A DNA stretch of 64,000 nucleotides, taken from contig OX597814.1 of NCBI GenBank assembly GCA_951406725.2, forward strand, positions 70,680,001 to 70,744,000. The letters are read 5' to 3'. Below the pieces are notes generated by a model, which made no database searches, was not told the DNA's origin, and was given only the letters and a program-made list of their open reading frames with translations. The position numbers and the translations under genes are program-made. Each line of letters begins with the position of its first letter. The first letter of the stretch is position 1. Below are positions 1 to 16,459 of this stretch, one piece after another. Source of the DNA: Octopus vulgaris. Lineage: Eukaryota.

Positions 1-738
1 ATTAGGTAGTAATTTTACCTTGTTACTTATTATTATTGTAGGTTTTGAAGAGTGCAGTTCGATTTTAACAGTTATTTTTTCAAAGCTACAATGGAAGTGA
101 CAAAGGAGCATATTCAGCATATTTTGCTTTATGAGTTCAATAAAGACAACAATGCAAAAGAAAGTGTGAGGAATATTAACGCAGTATATAGGGATCAGAC
201 AATAAGCGTAAGCTAGTGTCAATGGTGGTTCCAGAAATTCTGAACTGGAAGCTACAACCTATAAAACAAGCCTCATCCTAGAGGATCTGTAGAGCTAGAC
301 AATGACATCCTGGTGGAACAAAATCCCATCGTAATTGTTGAGGAACTTGTAGAAGAGCTTGGATTTGGTCATTCAACACCTGCATGCTATCAGAAATGTC
401 AGCAAATTAGGTCACTGGGTTCCTCACATACTTTCTGAGTCTAATCACGCACAGAGAGTGAATGTGTGCTCTTGTTAACTGTCATATCTCACGAATTAAC
501 CTTTTTGGGATCAAATAGTAACTGGTGACAAGAAATGGGTTCTCTATAATATGAATTCTGTAGACGAGGTCAGAATAGTAATGGAGGAGTATTTTTCATT
601 ACGGACAAACCTACTATATAGAAGTGCAATGTAGAAAATGAAGGAGAGTACATTTTAGATTAAAATAGAACTTTGTTTATTTGAATTTAGAAAAATAAAA
701 GAAGTATACAAAAACCGCATTATTTATAGGATGACCCA

Positions 739-741
<3 letters not shown>
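1..741 (+). mobile_element. Mariner (Tc1/mariner) transposon remnant, decayed and internally deleted
   Basis: From ATG at 91 it reads MEVTKEHIQHILLYEFNK...CQWWFQKF with stops, and later IVTGDKKWVLY (mariner IVTGDEKW motif). It ends in the TIR-like aaaaccgcattatttataggatgacccaata, followed by TA. Confidence 0.8.
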
Positions 742-2170
<1,429 letters not shown>

Positions 2171-2286
2171 CTATCAGCACCTTCTTCTGACCATTCTCCT
2201 ACGCACATGTCTAGGTAGACACACAACAGTAGCCACTCCTACCAAAATTACTATAAATTCTTTCTACGACCTTAAGGGATACTAAG

Positions 2287-3022
2287 CTCAACCACATACA
2301 GATAAGCAGGCGTTTCAGCACCCAGTCATAGTGTTGTAGGAGCTGAGTTAAACAGCTTCTCCCTGGTCGGAAACCATGTTGGGTGTCGGGCAGCAAGTCA
2401 TTCTCTTCAAGGAAGGTGATCAGCTTCCTTCTGACTATTCGTTCCATGACCTTGCTGATGTGTGAGGTCAGAGAGATAGGTCTATAGTTCTTGGCTTCCG
2501 CTCTGCTACCTCCTTTATGAATGGGGCATATTTTACCTTCCTTCAGTTTTCTTGGAAGTTTGCCAGCTGCAAGGAAGCTCTGAAAGAGGAACTGCAGTGG
2601 TCTTGCTAGGACTCTCTTACATGCTTTTAGGAAGATTGCCGGGAATCCATCGGGGCCAGTAGCTGAGTCTGTTTTCATTTCATCTATAGCCTTGATTACA
2701 TCGTCTTCCTTTATATCGATGTAATCTATCGTCGCCGCCTCTGATTTTATATCTGCAGTGGTAAAAAAGTCAGTTGGATTGGTGATTTGGAGATGCCCAA
2801 GGGGTGGAGTGAAAACACTCTTGAATTGCTCATTCACTATTTCACTTACCCTCATTGGTTTTCCTGTAAGTGTGCCATCCTTTTCGAGGAGTGGCCCTAT
2901 TCTACAGTGCACCATAGCTGTTGCTTTGGCATACGTGTAGAAAGCTCTGGGGTGAGATTTTATGTTGTCTATAGCCCAGGCTTCTTTGTCTGCTCTTTCC
3001 TTTTCATGGGAGAGTTGCAGAC
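2287..3022 (-). mobile_element. CR1-group LINE fragment (region upstream of and into the RT), subfamily B
   Basis: ORF 2211..2915 contains SATGPDGFP, KNYRPISLTSHISKVMERI and QHGFRPGRSCLTQLL. It is a diverged homologue of 8850-9545 and abuts (TA)n. Confidence 0.9.
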
Positions 3023-3437
<415 letters not shown>

Positions 3438-3586
3438 CTAAATAAATATAAGAGAGTGGTCACTATATGGCTCACTCTAGCACCAGTTAATCCAAAAGGT
3501 TTCAACCACAAAAAATACATGCTTCCCATGAAAGTCAGTACGATTGTTAGCTCACACGGACAGGGCAAATAAAAAATAACAAAATA

Positions 3587-3682
3587 CAGATTATTTTGGG
3601 ACAATTGTTTCGCTATTAATGAATTAAATGTAATTTTACTTACAATAAAATCCACTTGTAGCTCTTCGGCCAAAACTATCTG
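3587..3682 (-). ncRNA. Type I hammerhead ribozyme motif (array copy 1)
   Basis: Reverse complement of the motif at 4487-4582. Confidence 0.75.
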
Positions 3683-4120
3683 GATGAAATCCACTCAATC
3701 ACACGCCAGATTTTACCATAACGATAGATACGCGTGTGGTTCAATTGATTACATCCGACGTTATAATTCAAATGCCCCAACTAACAGCGCGCCAAACTTT
3801 CACTGAAAACAAATACAGCATTTAGAAATAAATGCAGCATAATTATAATTAATTAATAAGGGTGAGAGAATTAGATACTAATTTAATAGTATATCTATTC
3901 TACACCAAGTGGCCTAGTGCTCCGAGAAACCTGGATTATTATAATATTTTATAATATATTATAATATTTTTACAAAATAAATATAAGAGAGTGGTCACTA
4001 TATGGCTCACTCTAGCACCAGTTAATCCAAAAGGTTTCAACCACAAAAATACATGCTTCCCATGAAAGTCAGTACGATTGTTAGCTCACACGGACAGGGC
4101 AAATAAAAAATAACAAAATA

Positions 4121-4216
4121 CAGATTATTTTGGGACAATTGTTTCGCTATTAATGAATTAAATGTAATTTTACTTACAATAAAATCCACTTGTAGCTCTT
4201 CGGCCAAAACTATCTG
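4121..4216 (-). ncRNA. Type I hammerhead ribozyme motif (array copy 2)
   Basis: Reverse complement of the motif at 4487-4582. Confidence 0.75.
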
Positions 4217-4486
4217 GATGAAATCCACTCAATCACACGCCAGATTTTACCATAACGATAGATACGCGTGTGGTTCAATTGATTACATCCGACGTTATAA
4301 TTCAAATGCCCCAACTAACAGCGCGCCAAACTTTCACTGAAAACAAATACAGCATTTAGAAATAAATGCAGCATAATTATAATTAATTAATAAGGGTGAG
4401 AGAATTAGATACTAATTTAATAGTATATCTATTCTACACCAAGTGGCCTAGTGCTCCGAGAAACCTGGATTATTGTGGATTTCATC

Positions 4487-4582
4487 CAGATAGTTTTGGC
4501 CGAAGAGCTACAAGTGGATTTTATTGTAAGTAAAATTACATTTAATTCATTAATAGCGAAACAATTGTCCCAAAATAATCTG
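4487..4582 (+). ncRNA. Type I hammerhead ribozyme motif (array copy 3)
   Basis: Stem I cagatagttttgg/ccaaaataatctg, core CCGAAGA (4500), stem II gcta...tagc, GAAA, palindromic stem III ACAATTGT, GUC triplet at 4567-4569. Confidence 0.75.
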
Positions 4583-5021
4583 TATTTTGTTATTTTTTAT
4601 TTGCCCTGTCCGTGTGAGCTAACAATCGTACTGACTTTCATGGGAAGCATGTATTTTTTGTGGTTGAAACCTTTTGGATTAACTGGTGCTAGAGTGAGCC
4701 ATATAGTGACCACTCTCTTATATTTATTTTGTAGAAATATTATAATATATTATAAAATATTATAATAATGCAGGTTTCTCGGAGCACTAGGCCACTTGGT
4801 GTAGAATAGATATACTATTAAATTAGTATCTAATTCTCTCACCCTTATTAATTAATTATAATTATGCTGCATTTATTTCTAAATGCTGTATTTGTTTTCA
4901 GTGAAAGTTTGGCGCGCTGTTAGTTGGGGCATTTGAATTATAACGTCGGATGTAATCAATTGAACCACACGCGTATCTATCGTTATGGTAAAATCTGGCG
5001 TGTGATTGAGTGGATTTCATC

Positions 5022-5117
5022 CAGATAGTTTTGGCCGAAGAGCTACAAGTGGATTTTATTGTAAGTAAAATTACATTTAATTCATTAATAGCGAAACAAT
5101 TGTCCCAAAATAATCTG
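5022..5117 (+). ncRNA. Type I hammerhead ribozyme motif (array copy 4)
   Basis: Same motif; core at 5035, GUC at 5102-5104. Confidence 0.75.
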
Positions 5118-5554
5118 TATTTTGTTATTTTTTATTTGCCCTGTCCGTGTGAGCTAACAATCGTACTGACTTTCATGGGAAGCATGTATTTTGTGGTTGA
5201 AACCTTTTGGATTAACTGGTGCTAGAGTGAGCCATATAGTGACCACTCTCTTATATTTATTTTGTAAAAATATTATAATATATTATAAAATATTATAATA
5301 ATCCAGGTTTCTCGGAGCACTAGGCCACTTGGTGTAGAATAGATATACTATTAAATTAGTATCTAATTCTCTCACCCTTATTAATTAATTATAATTATGC
5401 TGCATTTATTTCTAAATGCTGTATTTGTTTTCAGTGAAAGTTTGGCGCGCTGTTAGTTGGGGCATTTGAATTATAACGTCGGATGTAATCAATTGAACCA
5501 CACGCGTATCTATCGTTATGGTAAAATCTGGCGTGTGATTGAGTGGATTTCATC

Positions 5555-5650
5555 CAGATAGTTTTGGCCGAAGAGCTACAAGTGGATTTTATTGTAAGTA
5601 AAATTACATTTAATTCATTAATAGCGAAACAATTGTCCCAAAATAATCTG
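5555..5650 (+). ncRNA. Type I hammerhead ribozyme motif (array copy 5)
   Basis: Same motif; core at 5568, GUC at 5635-5637. Confidence 0.75.
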
Positions 5651-5927
5651 TATTTTGTTATTTTTTATTTGCCCTGTCCGTGTGAGCTAACAATCGTACT
5701 GACTTTCATGGGAAGCATGTATTTTTTGTGGTTGAAACCTTTTGGATTAACTGGTGCTAGAGTGAGCCATATAGTGACCACTCTCTTATATTTATTTTGT
5801 AAAAATATTATAATATATTATAAAATATTATAATAATCCAGGTTTCTCGGAGCACTAGGCCACTTGGTGTAGAATAGATATACTATTAAATTAGTATCTA
5901 ATTCTCTCACCCTTATTAATTAATTAT

Positions 5928-6825
<898 letters not shown>

Positions 6826-7060
6826 GTTAAATAATATACGATGAGCGATGGCTAGAAGTATATTGAGTTCATCATAACCAGCTGATCTAGCAAGCGGGGC
6901 CTCATATCAGTGAGGGGGCCGGTGCACATTGATGCCGTCGAGAGGTAGGCCCCGAAACGGCGCGCATTCTCTCCTGATGACCCCATACACTTGCTAGCTT
7001 CCGATATACGGAGCTTTAACTAGCAGCACTTGCATGTGCAAGTTGTTTGCAAGATATCTA

Positions 7061-7131
<71 letters not shown>

Positions 7132-7149
7132 TATATATATATATATAAT

Positions 7150-7197
<48 letters not shown>

Positions 7198-7230
7198 TAT
7201 ATATATATATAGATATATATATATATATAT

Positions 7231-7520
<290 letters not shown>

Positions 7521-7620
7521 NNNNNNNNNNNNNNNNNNNNNNNNNNNNNNNNNNNNNNNNNNNNNNNNNNNNNNNNNNNNNNNNNNNNNNNNNNNNNNNN
7601 NNNNNNNNNNNNNNNNNNNN
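7521..7620. other. Assembly gap (100 N)
   Basis: N run. About 130 bp of sequence is duplicated on either side, suggesting an unmerged contig overlap. Confidence 0.98.
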
Positions 7621-10600
7621 CTACCCTCTCTAAGTCCAGTTTGCCGTGGCTGGCCACTGATCTAAGAGAGAGTTTGTAGCTGCTGCCCTTAGGTTACCTT
7701 CGTACCTTGCAGTGGGTTCATCTGGGATCCCGGAAAGCAGCTTGTCTAGATGTTTTTTGAAAATGTCCACATCCGCATCATGTAGATCTCTTAGTTTTCT
7801 TGGCAGTTTGTTGAACAGCTGAGGGCCCCTGAACCCCAGGCTATTACAGTATCTGCTCCTTACCCTGGATGTGGAAGACGGGACCTTTGGCACCACACAG
7901 TGACGACCTGTACGGGGATTGGAACAGCTCTCAATTCCAAAATTTGGTGCTAGTCCCTCCAGGATTTTCCATATGTATATCACTGCATATCTCTCTCGTC
8001 TTCGTTCCAAGGAGTACAAATTGAGTTCCCTAAGCCTCTCCCAATAGTTCTTTTCTTTCATGGTGGAAATCCTCTGGTGAAATGTCTTTGGATTGTCTCA
8101 AGCTCTGTGGTTAGTTTGACACTATGCGGTGACCACAGTTGGGAGCAGTAGTCTAGGCGGCTTAGGACAAATGTCCTCCATAGTGTCAACATGGTCTCGC
8201 AGTCTCTTGTCCGGAATGTCCTCAGGATCCAGCCAGTGAGTCGTCTGCACATTGTCGCCACCTTCGCGATGTGTGAAGAAAAAGATGCATCGTCACTCAT
8301 GTCTATCCCCAGGTCCCGTATTGATTTCGATACTGGGATTTCGATCCCTCCTGGACCAGTATAGTTGTGTTGTAATGTATATGTGTTTACAGCTTGATAT
8401 TGTAAGGCTTGAAATTTACCAGCATTAAATTGCATGTTGTTGTCTTCAGCCCATTTGTATATGGCATCCAGATCTTGTTGTAAAAGGTCAGCATCAGCTG
8501 GGTTTTTGATTGCCTGTGCTACCTTTGTGTCATCAGCATAGCTAGTGAGGGATGTTGTTTGTGCTACCAAGGGCATGTCAGAGAGCGCCACCAAAACAGC
8601 AAGGGTCCCAAGACTGTGCCCTGTGGCACCCCGCTTGCTATTGGTGTCTTTCCCGAGAGGGCTCCATTGGCTGCAACCATCTGGCTTCTGTCCTTCAGGA
8701 AGTCATGTATCCACTCACCTACTTTTCCTGTTATGCCGAGTCTGAGTAATTTGTGACATATCACTCCGTGGTCGACTTTGTCAAAGGCCTTCGCAAAGTC
8801 GAGATATACCACATCCACCTGTGAGCGATCCAGTAGTTGTTTCAGTACCCAGTCGTAGTGTTGTAACAGCTGCGTAAGGCAGCTTCTTCCTGGGCGAAAG
8901 CCATGCTGTGTGTCAGTGAGACGGTTAGTTTCTTCGAGGAACGTGATCAGTTTTTTTCTGATGATTCGTTCCATGACCTTACTTATGTGTGACGTCAGGG
9001 AGACTGGCCTGTAGTTTTTGCCTCTGCTCTACTCCCTCCTTTGTGGATAGGGCATATGGTGCCTTCTTTTTAGCGCCCTGGGCAGTTTACCGTTAGCCAA
9101 GGAACCACTGAAGGGCTTCTTCAGTGGCTCCCGCTAGGAGCATGCCTGCATGTTTTTAGGAGGACTGCTGGGAATCCATCTGGTCCAGCAGCTGAGTTTA
9201 TTCTCATTTCTTCTATGGCAGATATTACATCCCTCTCTGTTATGTCTATGTGGTCGATGGTTGTTGTTTGGTTTTGGGGTGTTGTGGCATCAAAGAAAAC
9301 TTCTGGGTTTGTGATTTGCATGTGCCCCAGAGGGGATGTGAACGCACTTTTATACTGTTCCTTTAGTATTTCACTTATCCCTTGGGGGTCCTCAGTTAGA
9401 GAGCCCTTTTTATCAAAGAGTGGGCCAATCTTGCAGTGTACCGAGGTGGTTTCTTTCGCAAATTTAAAGAAGGCTTTAGGGTTTGTTTTAATATTCTCTA
9501 TGGCCCTGGCTTCTCTCTCTGCCCTCTCCTTCTCATAGGAAAGTTTGAGTGCAGTTTCCGTTTCAAAAAGTTTCAGGTGGAGTCCCTCATTGTTTCTCTG
9601 CCGTGCATTCAGTTGCTTCGAGAGCTTAGCTCTTCGCCTCATAAGTATTTTCCTGTCTCTGGGAATAACGTTCCTATGCCCGCTGGCTTTTTTCTCCGGG
9701 ACAAACTTATGGCATATGTTCTGTATTGTTGTCATGAAATGTTGGAAATGTGTGTTGGTCTCTTGTGTGGTGATGAAGTCACTCCAGTCATAGCTTTGGG
9801 ATCTCTTCGTTGATCTTCTTCCAGTTTGCCTTATGGAAGTTTAGACTGGATAGGCCTGTGGTATTTTCTAATGGCTGCGTCTCAACTAACTCTCTCATAC
9901 CATATATCATTACCTCTACTAAGTTGTGATCTGAGAGAATTGTAGGTGTTACCATTATGTTGTGGATGAGCATCGGGTTGCTTGTGAAACAGAGGTCCAA
10001 GACATTCTCACCTCTTGTTGGCCGAAGCACTGCTTGTTCCATGAAAAACTTGCGTGTGAGAGCCAACAAGGACTCTGTCTGTCTCTGTTCAAGTGATGTC
10101 ATTCCAGGGAGGAGATGGCCATCTGGCCATTTGACTTTCGGAAGGTTAGAGCTCTCTCCCAGCAGTAGAATGGTGTTACCCTGGTCCAGTCTGTCCAGGA
10201 CTTCTTCTATTCTTCTGAGGCTATCTTCAAACACTCCTTCATGACTAGGGGTGTCTGGTGGCCGATATGTGACACATATTACTATTTTCGGTTGTTTCAT
10301 GTGTACTATCAGTGTGTCACAGACTGAGTTTGAGTGTGTCAACAGTACTATGGGTGTGACATCTTCACGGACGTACAGGGCAACCCCACCATGAGTTCTT
10401 TCCTTCCTGTCTGACCGAAAAACAGTATACTTTGGTATGTGTATTTCTGCATGGTTGTGTTAAAAACTGCTATAGAGGGAAACGTAATGCTTGACAGGTG
10501 CGTTTCAGTCAGCGCTATGCATATTGCATGGTTGCTTGTGCTTAAGTCCCTAAGGTAAGGAATTTTACTCATATTAGTGGGTTTCACCAGACCTCTGACA

Positions 10601-11428
10601 TTCAGCAGAAGCACTGGTGAGATATTTGGGGTGTCAATAAAGGCTGTCGGTGTGGCACCTGGGCTGAGTGTCAACAAGCGGTGCCACCCTGGGTCCCTTG
10701 ATTGTGGTGGTCTTGAGTGCTGTTGTGAGTGCCCCTGGCTCTGAAGACGATGTATCCAGGCCAGTTGTCCCACAATTTTCTCTGCTATTTCCACAAAATT
10801 TCTTTGTTTCTGCTGCCGCCGTCTGCATTTCCTCTGCAAATGTGCGCCTTCTCCTTGTTGGGGCATTCCGCACTATGTCTGCATATTTCTGGGGCAGCTT
10901 GAATTTGTTCTGGTTTTGGTTTCGGTCTTGGTTTTGGTTAAGGCATTTTGGTCGAGTGGGTTTGATGCAATTTCCATAGGGCCTGGGATGAGCGAACCTG
11001 CATCCTTCCCCTGTTTCTCCATGCCAGCAGGTTCCATTCCGGAAGAATTTGCATGTTATCTGGGTTTTCTTGTCCCCAGTTCCTCTCTGTTTTTCTTCCT
11101 CCGTTGGACGGTTGTCCACTGGTTCCTTTCTGCATAGGTCTTTTCATCCGGCTGGTTATTTTCTGTTTCCCCATCGCCGCCTATCTGTTGTTTGCCCTGC
11201 TTGCCTTCTTCGACTGTGGCTGTGGGTGTGTCATTTTATTGACACTCTGTGGTCTGGTGTTTCCTGTTTCCATCTCTCTCTTTGTCTTTATCCACCTTGA
11301 GGACTTGGCTTAGCAAAGCCATGTGTGGTGCAATGAGAGTGTAGGCCCTTTCAACTTCTCTTTTCTTCCTCTCTACCTGCGCCAACGTCCTCATAAAGCC
11401 ATGGCTTTTTTTCAGGGTCGCCATCATA
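7621..11428 (-). mobile_element. Near-full-length CR1-group LINE (subfamily A): CCCH zinc finger, APE endonuclease and RT, frameshifted
   Basis: CKFFRNGTCWHGETGEGCRFAH (CCCH); LLNVRGL, CIALTETHL, TYRPPD, LDLCFT and SDHNLV (APE); YLDFAKAFDKVDH, SGVPQGTVLGPLLF and YADD (RT); [11 protein letters not shown]. Confidence 0.93.
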
Positions 11429-11430
11429 TG

Positions 11431-11476
<46 letters not shown>

Positions 11477-11567
11477 CACATATATATATATACATATATA
11501 TATATATACATATATATATACATATATATATACATATATATATATATACATATACATATATATATAT

Positions 11568-11630
<63 letters not shown>

Positions 11631-11699
11631 CATATATATATACATATATATATATACATATATATATATACATATATATATATATACATATATATATAC

Positions 11700-11749
<50 letters not shown>

Positions 11750-12356
11750 GTATATATATATGTGTATATATATATACATATATGTATATATATATATATA
11801 CATATATGTATATATATATATATGTATATACATATATGTATATATACATATATGTATATATACATATATGTATATATACATATATGTATATATACATATA
11901 TGTATATATACATATATGTATATATACATATATGTATATATACATATATATATACATATATATATACATATATGTATATATATATACATATATGTATATA
12001 TATACATATATATATACATATATGTATATATATATATGTATATATATATATGTATATATATATATGTATATATATATGTGTATATATGTATATATATATG
12101 TATATATATATATATGTATATATATATATGTATATATATATATGTATATATATATATGTATATATATATATGTATATATATATATATGTATATATATATG
12201 TATATATATATATGTATATATATATATATGTATATATATATATGTATATATATATATGTATATATATATATGTATATATATATGTATATATATATGTATA
12301 TATATATGTATATATATATGTATATATATATGTATATATATATATGTATATATATA

Positions 12357-12421
<65 letters not shown>

Positions 12422-12427
12422 CATATA
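11429..12427. repeat. Compound TA/TACA/TATG microsatellite with fold-back symmetry
   Basis: C-containing variants dominate the left half and G-containing variants the right half. The centre has palindromic tatatacatatatgtatata units. Confidence 0.9.
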
Positions 12428-15400
12428 TTTGTGGAAATAGCAGAGAAAATTGTGGGACAACTGGCCTGGATACATCGTCTTCAGAGCCAGGGGCACTCAC
12501 AACAGCACTCAAGACCACCACAATCAAGGGACCCAGGGTGGCCACCGCTGACACCAGCCCAGGTGCCACACCGACAGCCTTTATTGACACCCCAAATATC
12601 TCACCAGTGCTTCTGCTGAATGTCAGAGGTCTGGTGAAACCCACTAATCATGAGTAAAATTCCTTACCTTAGGGACTTAAGCACAAGCAACCATGCAATA
12701 TGCATAGCGCTGACTGAAACGCACCTGTCAAGCAGTATAGCAGATGCAGAAATACACATACCAAAGTATACTGTTTTTCGGTCAGACAGGAAGGAAAGAA
12801 CTCATGGTGGGGTTGCCCTGTATGTCCGTGAAGATGTCACACCCATAGTACTGTTGACACACTCAAAACTCAGTCTGTGACATACTGATAGTACACATGA
12901 AACAACCGAAAATAGTAATATGTGTCACATATCGGCCACCAGACACCCCCCTAGTCATGAAGGAAGTGTTTGAAGATAGCCTCAGAAGAATAGAAGAAGT
13001 CCTGGACAAACTGGACCAGGGTAACACCATTCTACTGCTGGGAGATTTTAACCTTCCGAAAGTCAAATGGCCAGATGGCCATCTCCTCCTGGAATGACAT
13101 CACTTGAACAGAGACAGACAGAGTCCTTGTTGGCTCTCACACGCAAGTTTTTCATGGAGCAAGCAGTGCTTTGGCCAACAAGAGGTGAGAATGTCTTGGA
13201 CCTCTGTTTCACAAGCAACCCGATGCTCATCCACAACATAATGGTAACAGCCTACCAACAATTCTCTCAGATCACAACTTAGTAGAGGTAATGATATATG
13301 GTATGAGAGAGTTAGTTGAGACGCAGCCATTAGAAAATACGACAGGCCTATCCAGTCTAAACTTCCATAAGGCAAACTGGAAGAAGATCAACGAAGAGAT
13401 CCGAAAACATGACTGGAGTGACTTCATCACCACAGAAGACACCAACACACATTTCCAACATTTCATGACAACAATACAGAACATATGCCATAAGTTTGTC
13501 CCGGAGAAAAAAGCCAGCGGGCATAGGAACATTATTCCCAGAGACAGGAAAATACTTATGAGGCGAAGAGCTAAGCTCTCGAAGCAACTGAATGCACGGC
13601 AGAGAAACAATGAGGGACTCCACCTGAAACTTTTTGAACCGGAAACTGCACTCAAACTTTCCTATGAGAAGGAGAGGGCAGAGAGAGAAGCCAGGGCCAT
13701 AGAGAATATTAAAACAAACCCTAAAGCCTTCTTTAAATTTGCGAAAGAAACCACCTCGGTACACTGCAAGATTGAAGCCCACTCTTTGATAAAAGGGCTC
13801 TCTAACTGAGGACCCCCAAGGGATAAGTGAAATACTAAAGGAACAGTATAAAAGTGTGTTCACATCCCCTCTGGGGCACATGCAAATCACAAACCCAGAA
13901 GTTTTCTTTGATGCCACAACACTCCAAAACCAAACAACAACCATCGACCACATAGACATAACAGAGAGGGATGTAATATCTGCCATAGAAGAAATGAGAA
14001 TAAATCCCAGCTGCTGGACCAGATGGATTCCCAGCAGTCCTCCTAAAAACATGCAGGCATGCCTAGCGGGACCATTGAAGAAGCTCTTCAGTGGTTCCTT
14101 GGCTAACGGTAAACTGCCCAGGGCGCTAAAAGAAGGCACCATATGCCCTATCCACAAAGGAGGGAGTAGAGCAGAGGCAAAAAACTACAGGCCAGTCTCC
14201 CTGACGTCACACATAAGTAAGGTCATGGAACGAATCATCAGAAAAACTGATCACGTTCCTCGAAGAAACTAACCGTCTCACTGACACACAGCATGGCTTT
14301 CGCCCAGGAAGAAGCTGCCTTACGCAGCTGTTACAACACTACGACTGGGTACTGAAACAACTACTGGATCGCTCACAGGTAGATGTGGTATATCTCGACT
14401 TTGCGAAGGCCTTTGACAAAGTCGACCACGGAGTGATATGTCACAAATTACTCAGACTCGGCATAACAGGAAAAGTAGGTGAGTGGATACATGACTTCCT
14501 GAAGGACAGAAGCCAGATGGTTGCAGCCAATGGAGCCCTCTCGGGAAAGACACCCAATAAGCAAGCAGCTGCCACAGGGCACAGTCTTGGGACCCCTTGC
14601 TGTTTTTGGTGGCGCTCTCTGACATGCCCTGGTAGCACAAACAACATCCCTCACTAGCTATGCTGATGACACAAAGGTAGCACAGGCAATCAAACCCAGC
14701 TGATGCTGACTCTTTTATAACAAGATCTGGATGCCATATACAAATGGGCTGAAGACAACAACATGCAATTTAATGCTGGTAAATTTCAAGCCTTACAATA
14801 TCAAGCTGTAAACACATATACATTACAACACAACTATACTGGTCCAGGAGGGATCGAAATCCCAGTATCGAAATCAATACGTGGACCTGAGGGATAGACA
14901 TGAGTGACGATGCATCTTTTTCTTCACACATCGCGAGAAGGTGGCGACAATGTGCAGACGACTCACTGGCTGGATCCTGAGGACATTCCGGACAAGAGAC
15001 TGACGAGACCATGTTGACACTGTGGAGGACATTTGTCCTAAGCCGCCTGAGACTACTGCTCCCAACTGTGGTCACTGCATAGTGTCAAACTAACCACCGA
15101 AGCTTGAGACAATCCAAGAGACATTTCACCAAGAGGATTTCCACCATGAAAGAAAAGAACTATTGGGAGAGGCCAAGGGAACTCAATTTGTACTCCTTGG
15201 AACGAAGACGAGAGAGATATGCAGTGATATACATATGGAAAATCCTGGAGGACTAGCACCAAATTTTGGAATTGAGAGCTGTTCCAATCCCCGTACAGGA
15301 CGTCACTGTGTGGTGCCAAAGGTCCCGTCTTCCACTTCCAGGGTAAGGAGCAGATACTGTAATAGCCTGGGGTTCAGGGGCCTTTAAGCTTTTCAACAAA

Positions 15401-15652
15401 CTGCCAAGAAAACTAAGAGATCTACATGATGCGGAATTGGACATTTTCAAAAAACATCTAGACAAGCTGCTTTCCGGGATCCCAGATGAACCCACTGCAA
15501 GGTACGAAGGTAACCTAAGGGCAGCAGCTACAAACTCTCTTAGATCAGTGGCCAGCCACGGCAAACTGGACTTAGAGAGGGTAGCAACAAGGGCGGTGCC
15601 CCAGCATGGCCTCAGCCGGATGGCTGACACAAGTAAAAGAGTAGTAAAAGAG
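12428..15652 (+). mobile_element. 5'-truncated CR1-group LINE (subfamily A), inverted copy of 7621-10798, many frameshifts
   Basis: Begins tttgtggaaatagcagag (reverse complement of ~10780-10797), carries the same APE/RT motifs, and ends agtaaaagagtagtaaaagagta followed by (TA)n. Confidence 0.93.

Positions 15653-16459
<807 letters not shown>

Larger units (their letters stand above)
3438..5927. repeat. ~534-bp tandem array (about 2 units on -, about 2.7 units on +) with an orientation switch at 4474/4475; each unit carries a hammerhead ribozyme motif
   Basis: agagagtggt recurs at 3451 and 3986. The reverse-complement units recur with periods of 535 and 533. The array is flanked on both sides by (TA)n. 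Confidence 0.93.

Noticed and set aside
3438-5927. CRISPR-like or prokaryotic repeat array
   Set aside because: The units are identical over their whole length with no unique spacers, there are no cas genes, and the context is eukaryotic.
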